DNA of 14,132 nucleotides from an uncultured Aminicenantes bacterium (GCA_965195285.1 CBDAFS010000016.1:1-14132); one strand, 5' to 3'; positions 1 through 8,836 are shown, counted from the first letter of the stretch. Numbers and translations: made by a program. Notes: generated from the sequence alone by a model not told the origin.

Positions 1-351
1 CTGTTCAAACGGCCCGCCTCTACCGAACTCAGTTCTCAGATCAGCACCACCGGTATGATCACCACCAAGCTGACCGAGAAACTGGAAAAGCGGGTTAAAA
101 AAATATTCGGGATCGATATGCTGAAATTCGATCCCATGATCACCGGGACCTCGGTGGAGGCCGAATCCCGACTCAGCGTGGGCAAGGCCATTGCCAAAAA
201 CTTCATCATTGTGTATTCTACCAATGTTTCCACCTTAAGACAGGAGATACTCTATCTTCTCTACCAGATATCTCCCTCCATATCCATCATCGGCATGAGA
301 AATGAAGAAGGACGGTACAGCATTGACATTCGATTCCGGAAAAGGCGCTAA
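1..351 (+). CDS. tamB: 3' end of a TamB/DUF490-like translocation and assembly module protein (5'-truncated by the window)
   Basis: Frame 1 is open from base 1 to the stop at 349-351. The C-terminus (FGIDMLKFDP...RLSVGKAIAKNFIIVYSTNV...LYQISPSISIIGMRNEEGRYSIDIRFRKRR) has the alternating beta-strand pattern typical of TamB C-termini. It lies directly upstream of an Omp85 gene. Confidence 0.75.
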   Translation: MFKRPASTELSSQISTTGMITTKLTEKLEKRVKKIFGIDMLKFDPMITGTSVEAESRLSVGKAIAKNFIIVYSTNVSTLRQEILYLLYQISPSISIIGMRNEEGRYSIDIRFRKRR

Positions 352-3019
352 GACCCTGGTCCTGGTCCTGCTGCTGGTTTCCCTGATCCGCAGCCAGCCA
401 GCCCCTGGATTCCATGTCAACCAGATTATTTTTCAATTCAACAACAGCTTCGAACAACGGAACATCAACAAGTACAAATCCCTGATCAATATCAAGGAGG
501 GACAGCCATTCAGCCGCAAAAAAATCCGGGAGAGCCTGGAAAACCTCTTTAAAACCGGATCCTTTTCCCATATCGAGGCCCGCATCCAGAAACTTTCGGA
601 CCGGAAAATGGATATCTATTTCGTCACCCGCAACAAGTACATCATCAAATCCATCTCCATCATCCAGAGCATCACCCAGAAAAAGAAGGGGATCAAGAAG
701 GCCATCTATTCCCTGAACGAAAACCAATACCTGGAAGAATCCCGAATCCCCCTGGCCATCCAGGAACTGAAAGATTTTCTGAGATCAAGGGGATACAACC
801 ATCCGGAAATCCAGTACCGGGTGAAAAAAAACCCACGCAACCTTACCGTTGCCCTGAAATTCATCATCCTGAGCAATAAACTGACCGGGATCAACCGGTT
901 GACCCTGACCGTGGACAATCCGGACCAATGCCCGGAATTCATCGGGCAGTTCAACACCAATCACTATATTCCTTACAAATTTCAGAAAAGCCTGGAAAAG
1001 GTCCGCAGCAAACTGAAAAAGCTACGCTATTATTTCCCGGAGATCCGGGTCCAGGAAACCTACCTGAATGAACAGCGTTCTCAGGTTGATCTGGACATCA
1101 TCCTCGACCTGGGATACAAGCATATTTTCATTTTCCAGGGTATGAAACAGAAGATGAACCTGATCTCCTCCATCTGGGAAGAAAAGGTCTATGAAAAGTG
1201 GGCCCTTAATGCCAGTGAGACCCGGATTCTGAACTATCTGAAAAACAAGGGTTATCTGAATGCCCGGGTAAGTTCCGGCATCCGGATCAATAATTCCACC
1301 AAGTTCATTACCTTTATCGTGGAGAAGAACAAAAAATACAGCCTGGGCAAGATTGATTTCCAAGGCAACACCGCTTTTTCCAAGGACAGGCTGAAACAGG
1401 TCATGAAAACCGATGACCTCATCTATGATCGGATCTTCGAATTGAGATCCGACTCCATTGCCCTGGACCTGGAAATCCTGAAACTGCTCTACTATTTCAA
1501 TGGCTACCCCCTGAGCAAGATTACCATGGAACCGGAATTTCGCCACCGCAAAGCCGATCTTAATTTTATCATCCAGGAGGGTCAGAAATTCAGGGTGGAT
1601 TCCATCCTGTTTGAAGGCAACCAGACATTCCCGGCCAGGAGACTCCTGGAGGTTATTTCCAGCCGGGAAAACCAGGCCTTTGTTCAGCAGAACTTCAACC
1701 GGGATATAGAGAAGCTGAGGAATTTTTACCTGGAGAACGGGTTTGATGATATCCGGATCGACCTGGATATTTCGGCTGGCCACAACAAATCCATTATGGT
1801 CAAGATTAACGAGGGCAAACCCTACCGGATGTGGAACCTGATGATCATTGGCGCCTCCAAATCCCAGTCCCAATTGCTGCGCAAATTGTTTCCGCTGAAG
1901 AAAAATGCCAATTACAACCAGAATCAGATCACTCAGTTCAAAACCCGGGTGGAAAACACCTCGATATTCAACGAGGTCAACATCATCAAATTAAAAAAGG
2001 ATCCGAACCTGATGGATGTATTGATCATGGTCATCCCGGACAACAGCCGCTACTACGGTTTCGGGATTGGCTGGGAGGACCGTAAATATTTCAGGGGCTC
2101 CCTGGAATACCAGGCACGTAACATATTCAAATCCTATTCCACCCTGTCCGCCATCCTGCAGATCGGTTTCAGCGAAAAGCGGGCCGTGCTCAGCTATGAT
2201 ACCCCCTATTTTTTGCGCACCAGCCTGAGCTCCTCCTTCAAGATCTGGGATGAGGATGAAATTTACCCCAGCTATAAATTTAACCGCTACGGCCTGGGTG
2301 AATCCATCATCAAGAAAATCAGCCCGAATTCCTTTATCATGGCTTCCCTGAACTGGTACCGGACCAAGCTGACCGAGCTGTTGGTCAGCGAACAGGGCAT
2401 CGATCAACTCGATGTTCCCTTTGATACCACCGTGATTTCACTTTTCTATGTGATAGAAAAAAGGGATGATCCCTTCAATCCCCTTACCGGTGACTTTTTT
2501 TCCTCCAACCTAAAAATCGGACTACCCCTGTTTGAAAAAGACTACAGCTTTTTCAAGTTTTTCTGGAGCTACCAGAAAAACATCCGGCTCTTCAAACGCT
2601 CCAGCCTTTCATTTTCGGTGCGCAACGGGTTTTCAGCCGGGGACATGTCCATTACCGAGCGCTTTTTCGCCGGCGGTGTACACAGTTTTCGCGGGACCCG
2701 AAACGACCGCCTGGGCCCTCTGGATCCCGAGACCGGTAAGCCCCGGGGGGGAAATGCCCTGCTGCTGTTCAATCTGGAAGCCACCTTTCCCGTCATCGCC
2801 ATTCCCATCGAAGACCTGTACTATTCGGTCTTTGCCGATTTCGGCAATGTGTTTGACAGTACCAGTGACCTGAGTTTAAACAATCTGGAAAAAGCGATTG
2901 GTTTCGGCCTCAAATACAAGACCCCCTTTGGACCTTTGCGGGTGGACCTGGCCTGGAACCTGAATCCGGATGTCGGGGATCGCTTCCTGGTCCAGATAGG
3001 AATAGGCAATGTCTTTTAA
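302..3019 (+). CDS. Omp85 family outer-membrane assembly factor (BamA/TamA type) with multiple POTRA domains
   Basis: 905 aa with a hydrophobic N-terminal stretch. POTRA-like repeats include IKEGQPFS...LFKTGSF, IDFQGNTAF...GY and ILFEGNQTF...YLENGF. Barrel motifs include ERFFAGGVHSFRG, FADFGNVF and GFGLKYKTPFGPLRVDLA, and the protein ends in Phe. The exact start is uncertain because it overlaps tamB. Confidence 0.93.
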   Translation: MKKDGTALTFDSGKGAKTLVLVLLLVSLIRSQPAPGFHVNQIIFQFNNSFEQRNINKYKSLINIKEGQPFSRKKIRESLENLFKTGSFSHIEARIQKLSDRKMDIYFVTRNKYIIKSISIIQSITQKKKGIKKAIYSLNENQYLEESRIPLAIQELKDFLRSRGYNHPEIQYRVKKNPRNLTVALKFIILSNKLTGINRLTLTVDNPDQCPEFIGQFNTNHYIPYKFQKSLEKVRSKLKKLRYYFPEIRVQETYLNEQRSQVDLDIILDLGYKHIFIFQGMKQKMNLISSIWEEKVYEKWALNASETRILNYLKNKGYLNARVSSGIRINNSTKFITFIVEKNKKYSLGKIDFQGNTAFSKDRLKQVMKTDDLIYDRIFELRSDSIALDLEILKLLYYFNGYPLSKITMEPEFRHRKADLNFIIQEGQKFRVDSILFEGNQTFPARRLLEVISSRENQAFVQQNFNRDIEKLRNFYLENGFDDIRIDLDISAGHNKSIMVKINEGKPYRMWNLMIIGASKSQSQLLRKLFPLKKNANYNQNQITQFKTRVENTSIFNEVNIIKLKKDPNLMDVLIMVIPDNSRYYGFGIGWEDRKYFRGSLEYQARNIFKSYSTLSAILQIGFSEKRAVLSYDTPYFLRTSLSSSFKIWDEDEIYPSYKFNRYGLGESIIKKISPNSFIMASLNWYRTKLTELLVSEQGIDQLDVPFDTTVISLFYVIEKRDDPFNPLTGDFFSSNLKIGLPLFEKDYSFFKFFWSYQKNIRLFKRSSLSFSVRNGFSAGDMSITERFFAGGVHSFRGTRNDRLGPLDPETGKPRGGNALLLFNLEATFPVIAIPIEDLYYSVFADFGNVFDSTSDLSLNNLEKAIGFGLKYKTPFGPLRVDLAWNLNPDVGDRFLVQIGIGNVF

Positions 3020-3671
3020 AATAACCGTCTTGATTTTATTATATTTGTGTCTCCCGGTCCGGGCCGAACCCGTGTTGATCGATCAGATCGCTGCCGTGGT
3101 TAACGATGAGATCATCACCCTCAGTGACATCCAGAAGGCCATCATGCTCTACCCGCTCTTCCGGGACAAGAATGAAAACGAGAAAGACTTTCAAAAGCGG
3201 GTCCTGCTCAGTTTAATCAACCACAAGGTTATCTATCATGAATACCGGGATGAATTCCGGCTGAGCGAGGAGGACTATGAGGAGGTCCAGATCCTGGTGA
3301 TCAAAAAAATCGGATCACTCGGTGAACTGATGATCCTGCTCCGCCATTATGATATGGACTGGCCGGATTTCAAGCAATTTATCATTGAAAAAGTGGTGTA
3401 TGAAAAAGTGCTCAACGATCAATTTTCCACCAAAATCACCATCCCCTATGCGGAAATTCAGAAATTTTACAACCAGGAATACCTCCCGGTGCAGCAGAGA
3501 CTGGGATTGCAGGCCAGATCCCTGATCGAAATGACCCCCCTGATCGAAAAACACCTGAGTAAGAAGCTCACCGATACCCGGCTGAAAGCCTGGTTGAAGG
3601 ATATCAAGACCATCTACCGCATCGAAAACCTTCTCTTTCAGGAAAAGGGCGGTCCGGAGGAATCCAGATGA
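3009..3671 (+). CDS. SurA N-terminal-domain-like periplasmic chaperone, no obvious PPIase domain
   Basis: Signal peptide followed by the IDQIAAVVNDEIITLSDI motif typical of SurA N-domains, and a C-terminal WLKDIK...IE. Overlaps the Omp85 stop. Confidence 0.75.
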   Translation: MSFKITVLILLYLCLPVRAEPVLIDQIAAVVNDEIITLSDIQKAIMLYPLFRDKNENEKDFQKRVLLSLINHKVIYHEYRDEFRLSEEDYEEVQILVIKKIGSLGELMILLRHYDMDWPDFKQFIIEKVVYEKVLNDQFSTKITIPYAEIQKFYNQEYLPVQQRLGLQARSLIEMTPLIEKHLSKKLTDTRLKAWLKDIKTIYRIENLLFQEKGGPEESR

Positions 3672-4639
3672 ATCTTTTTAACGAATATCAGCAAAAGCTT
3701 ATTGAATCCCTGAAGCCCGGCGACCGGGTCAGGAATGTCTTTAAGGTTCTGGAAATCCAGAAACGAACCAAGAAAAACGGGGAACCTTTTTTATCCCTTG
3801 AATTGAGGGACCCCACCGGAAAGATCGGGGCCAAGATCTGGAGCCAGGTGGACACCCACCTGTCTATGATCCGGGCCGGGGAGTTCTACCGGTTCAGCGG
3901 TACCGTAAACGAGTACCAGAACCAGCCTCAGCTCAAGATCGAATCCCTGAACCCGGTGGCTGCGGATGACCCGGAGGTGAACCGCTCTGATTTCGAAGAA
4001 CAGGCCCCCTTTGACGTGGAAAAGGATTTTCAGGATATGCTGGATACCCTGAAGGCTGCCATCCTCAATCCCTTTTTGATCGGCCTGCTCGATATTTTTG
4101 AGGAAAAATACCGGCAGGTCTTTCAGCAACACTACGGGGCCCAGAAAATCCACCATGCCTATGCCGGCGGCCTGCTGGAACACACCCATTCGGTGATCCG
4201 GCTGGCCATCCTGATCGCCGATTTTTACCGGCTGGACCGGGAATTGTTAGCCATAGGAGCCCTGTTTCACGATATTGGCAAGCTGATGGAATTTACCCGC
4301 TCACCAGCCGTAGAGACCACTCCCGAGGGCGGCCTGATCGGCCACATCGTTCTGAGCAACCAGATCTTCCTGGAGCTCCAGGGCCAGGTAGAAAACTTTC
4401 CCTCCGATCTTTCCCTGCAGATCCGGCACCTGATCGTATCCCACCACGGCGAAAAGGAATTCGGTTCCCCGGAAGTTCCCAAAACCCCGGAAGCCTTTGT
4501 CCTGCATATGATCGACCTGCTGGATTCCAAGCTGAAAATATTCCGGGAAGCCATCGATGCGGCCGATGCCAACAGCCGGTTTTCGGAGTACCACCGTATC
4601 CTGGGCCGGCGCCTGTTCGTTCCGGAAGAGAAAGATTAA
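3668..4639 (+). CDS. yhaM: YhaM/Cbf1-family 3'-5' exoribonuclease (OB fold plus HD domain)
   Basis: OB fold segment TKKNGEPFLSLELRDPTGKIGAKIW, then HHAYAGGLLEH, LFHDIGK, LIGHI, SHHGEKEFGSP and DLLDS motifs. ATGA overlap with the upstream gene. Confidence 0.88.
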   Translation: MNLFNEYQQKLIESLKPGDRVRNVFKVLEIQKRTKKNGEPFLSLELRDPTGKIGAKIWSQVDTHLSMIRAGEFYRFSGTVNEYQNQPQLKIESLNPVAADDPEVNRSDFEEQAPFDVEKDFQDMLDTLKAAILNPFLIGLLDIFEEKYRQVFQQHYGAQKIHHAYAGGLLEHTHSVIRLAILIADFYRLDRELLAIGALFHDIGKLMEFTRSPAVETTPEGGLIGHIVLSNQIFLELQGQVENFPSDLSLQIRHLIVSHHGEKEFGSPEVPKTPEAFVLHMIDLLDSKLKIFREAIDAADANSRFSEYHRILGRRLFVPEEKD

Positions 4640-4650
4640 GTTCAAAATTC

Positions 4651-4677
4651 GAGGTTGAGGTTAAGGCTGAGGTTAAG
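4651..4677. repeat. Degenerate hexamer tandem patch (GAGGTT/AAGGCT)
   Basis: gaggttgaggttaaggctgaggttaag. The same family occurs inverted at 5120-5145 and direct at 8352-8377. Confidence 0.8.
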
Positions 4678-4687
4678 TAAAACGTAA

Positions 4688-5005
4688 ATGGACACTCTGA
4701 AACCTCGCTGCCCTTACTGCAGGTCCGAGCGGATTCTTCCCTTTGAGGAGGACAGCGGACCGGACCGGAACGATACCTTTCTGATCATCTTCCTGTCGGC
4801 CTTCCTGCTGGTGGGATTCTATATTTTGTTTGTGCTGCTTTCCTATATGTCCTACCCTATCATGGTCATCATACTGGTGGCCCTCTCCTCCTGGCTGCTG
4901 AACCGCAAGGAACGAAGAAAGCAGAAACCGGGAATCATCCGGGAAAAGGACTTCCTCTGTAGCGATTGCGGACAGGAATTCAGAGCCCAGGTTGAGGAGA
5001 AGTAA
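4688..5005 (+). CDS. Small membrane protein with a split zinc knuckle (CPYC ... CSDC) around two hydrophobic helices
   Basis: Two CxxC pairs flank about 40 hydrophobic residues followed by a basic stretch. The ORF fills an otherwise intergenic space. Confidence 0.75.
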   Translation: MDTLKPRCPYCRSERILPFEEDSGPDRNDTFLIIFLSAFLLVGFYILFVLLSYMSYPIMVIILVALSSWLLNRKERRKQKPGIIREKDFLCSDCGQEFRAQVEEK

Positions 5006-5081
5006 GCTCAGGAGACAGAAGATAGGAGACAGAAGACAGAATATAGAAGTTATGAAGATGGGAAGTTAAGAAAAAACTTTA

Positions 5082-5145
5082 CACTTTACGCCTTCACGCC
5101 TTACGTCTAACGTCTTTATCTTAACCTTAGCCTCAACCTTAACCT
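5082..5145 (-). repeat. Composite intergenic repeat, inverted copy of 8352-8407
   Basis: The reverse complement matches 8352-8407 with 2 substitutions and one extra 8-bp unit (GAAGGCGT). Confidence 0.9.
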
Positions 5146-5160
5146 GAAAATCGGGTGTAC

Positions 5161-5189
5161 TTGTATTTCCTTCTGAACTTCTATAAAAT
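5161..5189 (+). promoter_or_regulatory. Putative sigma70 promoter, near-leaderless transcript
   Basis: TTGTAT-17 bp-TAAAAT ending 8 nt before the ATG at 5198. No clear Shine-Dalgarno. Confidence 0.5.
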
Positions 5190-5197
5190 GTTGGATA

Positions 5198-7228
5198 ATG
5201 AAAATTCCGGCAGCGGTGTCACTTCTCCTGCTCTCCCTCTCCCTGTTCTGCCAAAACAGCGGCAAAACCCTCAAGGCAACCCGGGTCGATGAAAAAACCA
5301 TCCAAGTAGATGGAAAACTGGATGAAGCGGAATGGAAACTAGCCCCGGTGGCCGGACAGTTCATCCAGTTTGAGCCCCGGCTGGGAGAACCGGCTGAATT
5401 CGATACCCGGTTCCGGGTACTCTATGATGATCATTACCTGTACGTGGGCGTTTCCTGTTTCGATCAGGAGCCGGATAAAATCGTCTCCCGGGTGACCAAG
5501 CGCGAAGGTCCCCTGGATACCGATGACTCCATCGGCTTCGGCCTGGACACCTTTGGCGACCGTCGTACCGCCTATGCTTTTTTCACCAATATCCTGGGCA
5601 CCCAGCTGGATGGCCGTCTGAGTGATAACGGCCGCACCTGGGATACCACCTGGGACGGGGAATGGAAGTCGGCGGGCAGCCGTACCGATTCCGGCTGGAC
5701 CGCTGAATTTGCCATTCCTTTCGCCAGCCTGAAATTCAATCCCGGCATAAACCGAACCTGGGGCTTCGGCCTGGTCCGGTTTATCCCCCGCAGCCTGGGG
5801 GCCGATACCTGGACCGGTCCGGTGGAAGATTTCAAACGGGTGAGCCAGTTCGGAACCCTGACCGGTCTCAACCTGAAAACCTCTAAGAAAAAATACCAGA
5901 TCATCCCCCATGTGATCGCCAAATTCGAAGAGGACCAAAAGGCCCAGGTAGACTTCGGCCTGGATCTCCGCTATGCCTTTTCCCAGACCGTATCGGCCAA
6001 CCTGACCGTAAACCCGGATTTTGCCATTATCGAGGCCGATGAAGAGGTCATCAACCTCACCCGCTTCGAGACTTATTTACCGGAAAAACGCAATTTTTTT
6101 TTAGAAGGCTCGGAAATCTACAGTCAGCGAATCCGGCTCTTCTACTCGCGTCGCATCGAAGACATCTACGGGGGCCTGAAGGTCTATGGAAAATTAGGCA
6201 AATACGAGATCTCTTTCCTGACCGCCCAGAGCAAGCCCGGAAGCGATCCCGATGATCTGTCAGCCAATTTCACCGTATTCCGCCTGCGCCGGGATATCTT
6301 CAAATCCTCCAATATCGGCTTCTTAGTGGCCAACAAGCATGTCGATGGCCTGAGCCAGGGCAGTATGGGGCTGGATGTGTTGCATTTCTTCTCGGAAAAG
6401 GTCCATTTTACCGGACAATTCTGCCTGAGCTACGGAGAGGAAAATCATCAGAACCTGGCTTTTTTTCTGCGGCCCAGCTACGACACCTCCACTTTTCACA
6501 TCCACCTCCGCTACTCCCAGATCGGTGAAAATTTTGCCGACAATGCCAACTCGATGGGCTACATCACGGATGATGACCGGCGTGAACTGGACTCCTACGT
6601 GACCAAGATCTGGTGGATCAAGAAGCACGGTATCGAGCGGTTTGAATACAGCTCCAACTACAACATTTACTGGAGCATTCAGGGCGAGCTGCGCAGCTGG
6701 GAAATCTTTCAGGAAATCGAACTGGACCTCAGCAATAAATTCTCCCTGGAAGTCAATTATATCAACGATTATAAACTCTATGAAAAGGAATTTCACAACC
6801 ACCGCACCATTTTCGAACTCGGCTACAACACCCGGGAGTGGCAGTCGGCCTTTGTAAGCTATTCCTTTGGCCGCAATTTCGATTCCGACCTGCAGTTATT
6901 CGGCGGGGGAGTTCATCTCAAACTGCTCAAATCCCTGTCCCTGGAGTACAGCCTGAACCGGCTGATCCTGGACCCGGACCCGGACCTGGAGACCAAGTGG
7001 GTCCACATCCTCCGGCTCACCAACTATTTTACCCCGAACCTGTACCTGAAATTCTTCTACCAGAGCAATTCGGCCATCAGCAAACAGAACATCCAGCTGG
7101 TATTTGTCTACCGCTACCAGCCCCCCTTCGGCACCGTCCAGTTAGCCTACCAGAAGGGCACGGGTGACATCGGAGAAGAATCCGACCAGGGCCATACCTT
7201 ATTTGTAAAGGTATCTTATGTGTTTTAA
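5198..7228 (+). CDS. CBM9-like domain plus DUF5916-type outer-membrane beta-barrel protein
   Basis: Signal peptide. N-domain motifs VDGKLDEAEW, LYDDHYLYVG and GWTAEFAIPFASLKF resemble CBM9/DOMON-like domains. NPDFAIIEAD and NLTRFETYLPEKRNFFLEG are typical of this family. The protein ends in the aromatic VKVSYVF. Confidence 0.82.
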   Translation: MKIPAAVSLLLLSLSLFCQNSGKTLKATRVDEKTIQVDGKLDEAEWKLAPVAGQFIQFEPRLGEPAEFDTRFRVLYDDHYLYVGVSCFDQEPDKIVSRVTKREGPLDTDDSIGFGLDTFGDRRTAYAFFTNILGTQLDGRLSDNGRTWDTTWDGEWKSAGSRTDSGWTAEFAIPFASLKFNPGINRTWGFGLVRFIPRSLGADTWTGPVEDFKRVSQFGTLTGLNLKTSKKKYQIIPHVIAKFEEDQKAQVDFGLDLRYAFSQTVSANLTVNPDFAIIEADEEVINLTRFETYLPEKRNFFLEGSEIYSQRIRLFYSRRIEDIYGGLKVYGKLGKYEISFLTAQSKPGSDPDDLSANFTVFRLRRDIFKSSNIGFLVANKHVDGLSQGSMGLDVLHFFSEKVHFTGQFCLSYGEENHQNLAFFLRPSYDTSTFHIHLRYSQIGENFADNANSMGYITDDDRRELDSYVTKIWWIKKHGIERFEYSSNYNIYWSIQGELRSWEIFQEIELDLSNKFSLEVNYINDYKLYEKEFHNHRTIFELGYNTREWQSAFVSYSFGRNFDSDLQLFGGGVHLKLLKSLSLEYSLNRLILDPDPDLETKWVHILRLTNYFTPNLYLKFFYQSNSAISKQNIQLVFVYRYQPPFGTVQLAYQKGTGDIGEESDQGHTLFVKVSYVF

Positions 7229-7327
7229 GGTTCCGGGGGTCGGAGATCGGAGATTCTAACCCTCTCACTCTTTCACCTCAATCTTAATCTGAGATAAAGG
7301 TAGAGGTAAAGGTAAAGTCAAAAAATG

Positions 7328-7458
7328 GGCAGGCGTAGCAAACCATCTCCGGAACGGCTTGTGAAACCATTTTCTCGAATATCGAAAAATGGTGGAACGC
7401 TCCCAAAAATGAGAGCATTTTTGGGTAAAGTGAAGGAGATTGTTTGTGAAAGCCTGCC
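7328..7458 (+). ncRNA. Candidate structured RNA, copy 1 (four stems, three-way junction), family not recognised
   Basis: P1 GGCAGGC 7328-34 with GCCTGCC 7452-58; P2 7338-50 with 7435-47; P3 7366-7393; P4 CCCAAAAATG-AGAG-CATTTTTGGG 7402-7425. Compensatory changes relative to copy 2. Confidence 0.7.
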
Positions 7459-7520
7459 GGTGGATGGGATTTGCCCAAATATGAATCCGAATATTAAATA
7501 AAATATCAATTCAATTACTC

Positions 7521-7544
7521 GGGCGAATTGCCATTCGCCCCTAC
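7521..7544 (-). repeat. GTAG-type REP-like palindrome
   Basis: The minus strand reads GTAG-GGGCGAAT-GGCA-ATTCGCCC, a GTAG tetranucleotide abutting a perfect 8-bp stem. Confidence 0.65.
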
Positions 7545-7650
7545 AGTTTACCAATTACTATTCAATAATTACGACGTACGCCTTACGTCTTTATCTCCAG
7601 CTAAACCTCTACTATCGGTTTATAGATGACTGATTTAAATTATTGGCGGC

Positions 7651-7851
7651 TTACAACTTGGTGACGTTGGCTGCCTGGTCGCCTTTGGGGCCGCTTTTGA
7701 CCTCAAATTCAACCTCATCACCTTCATCCAGGGCTTTGTATCCCTCGCCCTTAATTTCAGAATAGTGAACAAACAAGTCGTTCCCTTCATCTGTCTCAAT
7801 AAAACCAAAACCTTTTCGGCGGTCAAACCATTTTACTTTCCCTTTGGGCAT
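7651..7851 (-). CDS. csp: Cold-shock domain protein (CspA family)
   Basis: GKVKWF, RNP1 KGFGFI, RNP2 LFVHYS and KGDQAANV motifs. AAGGAGG ribosome-binding site. Confidence 0.97.
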   Translation of the reverse strand: MPKGKVKWFDRRKGFGFIETDEGNDLFVHYSEIKGEGYKALDEGDEVEFEVKSGPKGDQAANVTKL

Positions 7852-7933
7852 AATCTACTGCCTCCTTGTTAAAAATAACTAGGAAATAAAAGAAGAATGG
7901 AAAACAATTTCTACCCTTATTTACTAAAAACAA

Positions 7934-7962
7934 CCTATAGCATACTTATTTTTCGAAGTCAA
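7934..7962 (-). promoter_or_regulatory. Putative sigma70 promoter for csp at 7851
   Basis: TTGACT-17 bp-TATAGG with an extended -10 TG. The -10 is imperfect. Confidence 0.45.
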
Positions 7963-7981
7963 GAAATATAAAAAACGGGGG

Positions 7982-8182
7982 TTAGGTCTTTACGACGTTG
8001 GTGGCCTGGTCGCCCTTGGGGCCTTTCTTGATCTGAAATTCGACTTCCTGATCTTCATCCAGCGAGCGGTATTCATCGCCCTGAATCTCGGAATAATGAA
8101 CAAAAACATCATTTCCGTCTTCATCCTGGATGAAACCAAAACCCTTGCGGTTGTCAAACCATTTAACTTTTCCTTTTGGCAT
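7982..8182 (-). CDS. csp: Cold-shock domain protein (CspA family)
   Basis: Same RNP1/RNP2 motifs. ATG at 8182 is preferred over TTG at 8188 from AAGGAGG spacing and the MPKGKV start shared with the paralogues. Confidence 0.97.
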   Translation of the reverse strand: MPKGKVKWFDNRKGFGFIQDEDGNDVFVHYSEIQGDEYRSLDEDQEVEFQIKKGPKGDQATNVVKT

Positions 8183-8291
8183 AATCAAGTTCCTCCTTGT
8201 AAAAATTGATCATTAATTCGGGTGAATCGATTATACCGGGGGTAATAGATTACCAAAGGATAACAAATTCTCTCCCAATTGATGAATAAAA

Positions 8292-8320
8292 ATCATAGCA
8301 TGTTTCAGCAATGCTGTCAA
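8292..8320 (-). promoter_or_regulatory. Sigma70 promoter for csp at 8182
   Basis: TTGACA-17 bp-TATGAT with an extended TG. Implies a 5' UTR of about 100 nt, as is usual for csp mRNAs. Confidence 0.75.
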
Positions 8321-8351
8321 GCAGATGTGCTGGCTTCTGAGGTAAAAGATT

Positions 8352-8407
8352 AGGTTGAGGTTGAGGCTAAGGTTAAGATAAAGACGTGAGACGTAAGGCG
8401 TAAAGTG
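8352..8407 (+). repeat. Composite intergenic repeat, inverted copy of 5082-5145
   Basis: aggttgaggttgaggctaaggttaagataaagacgtgagacgtaaggcgtaaagtg. Confidence 0.9.
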
Positions 8408-8415
8408 AAAAAATG

Positions 8416-8544
8416 GGCGGGCGTAGCAAACCATCTCCGGAACGGCTTGTGAAACCAATTTCTCGAATATCGAAAATTGGTGGAACGCTCCCAAAAATGA
8501 GAACATTTTTGGGTAAAGTGAAGGAGATGTTGCGAAAGCCCGTT
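8416..8544 (+). ncRNA. Candidate structured RNA, copy 2
   Basis: Near-identical to 7328-7458. The differences preserve pairing (A-U to G-C, U-A to A-U, G-C to G-U, G-U to G-C) or fall in a loop or bulge. Confidence 0.7.
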
Positions 8545-8591
8545 ATAGCATAAGAAATATTAACTGAAGGAACCGGGCGAATCGCTTAATC

Positions 8592-8789
8592 TTATCCTGA
8601 GATTAAGTTTTTGCTTTCTTGTTCTTGATCTCCGGATTCACTCTCCGGTTCGGTTTCGGTGTTCTGTATTTCCGATCCCTCGGTTTGAGACTTCTCTAAT
8701 TTCCTGAGTCTCTTTTTTTCCTGTTTTTTTTGACGATTGAGCTCTTTTCTTCTTTTTTCCGCTTTGAAAGAACGGTTACCTTTTCCCAA
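8592..8789 (-). CDS. Small Lys/Arg-rich then acidic hypothetical protein
   Basis: TTG start with AAGGAGG upstream. Basic helical N-half (KRRKELNRQKKQEKKRLRK) and acidic tail. Co-oriented just downstream of the RRM gene. Confidence 0.75.
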   Translation of the reverse strand: MGKGNRSFKAEKRRKELNRQKKQEKKRLRKLEKSQTEGSEIQNTETEPESESGDQEQESKNLISG

Positions 8790-8836
8790 TTTTAATTTGC
8801 CTCCTTATTGCCGCATCAACCGGGTCGACCGGTCCC

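Noticed and set aside
7361-7373. Antisense pairing of the RNA to the csp coding start (12 of 13 match with 7822-7834)
   Set aside because: The match is short and AT-rich, mostly buried in stem P3, and weakened by the compensatory change in copy 2.
7361-7400. c-di-GMP-I or glycine riboswitch identity for the duplicated RNA
   Set aside because: The resemblance is superficial (AAACCAT...GGAACGC, GAAGGAG). There is no GNRA tetraloop/receptor pair, no CUCUCAGG motif, and no downstream gene on that strand.
7284-8506. Minus-strand ORFs 7284-7478, 7318-7554 and 8231-8506 as small proteins
   Set aside because: They are translations of the duplicated element and repeat patches. The four substitutions in the shared core are all non-synonymous (L/F, H/Q, M/L, C/R) yet preserve the RNA structure.
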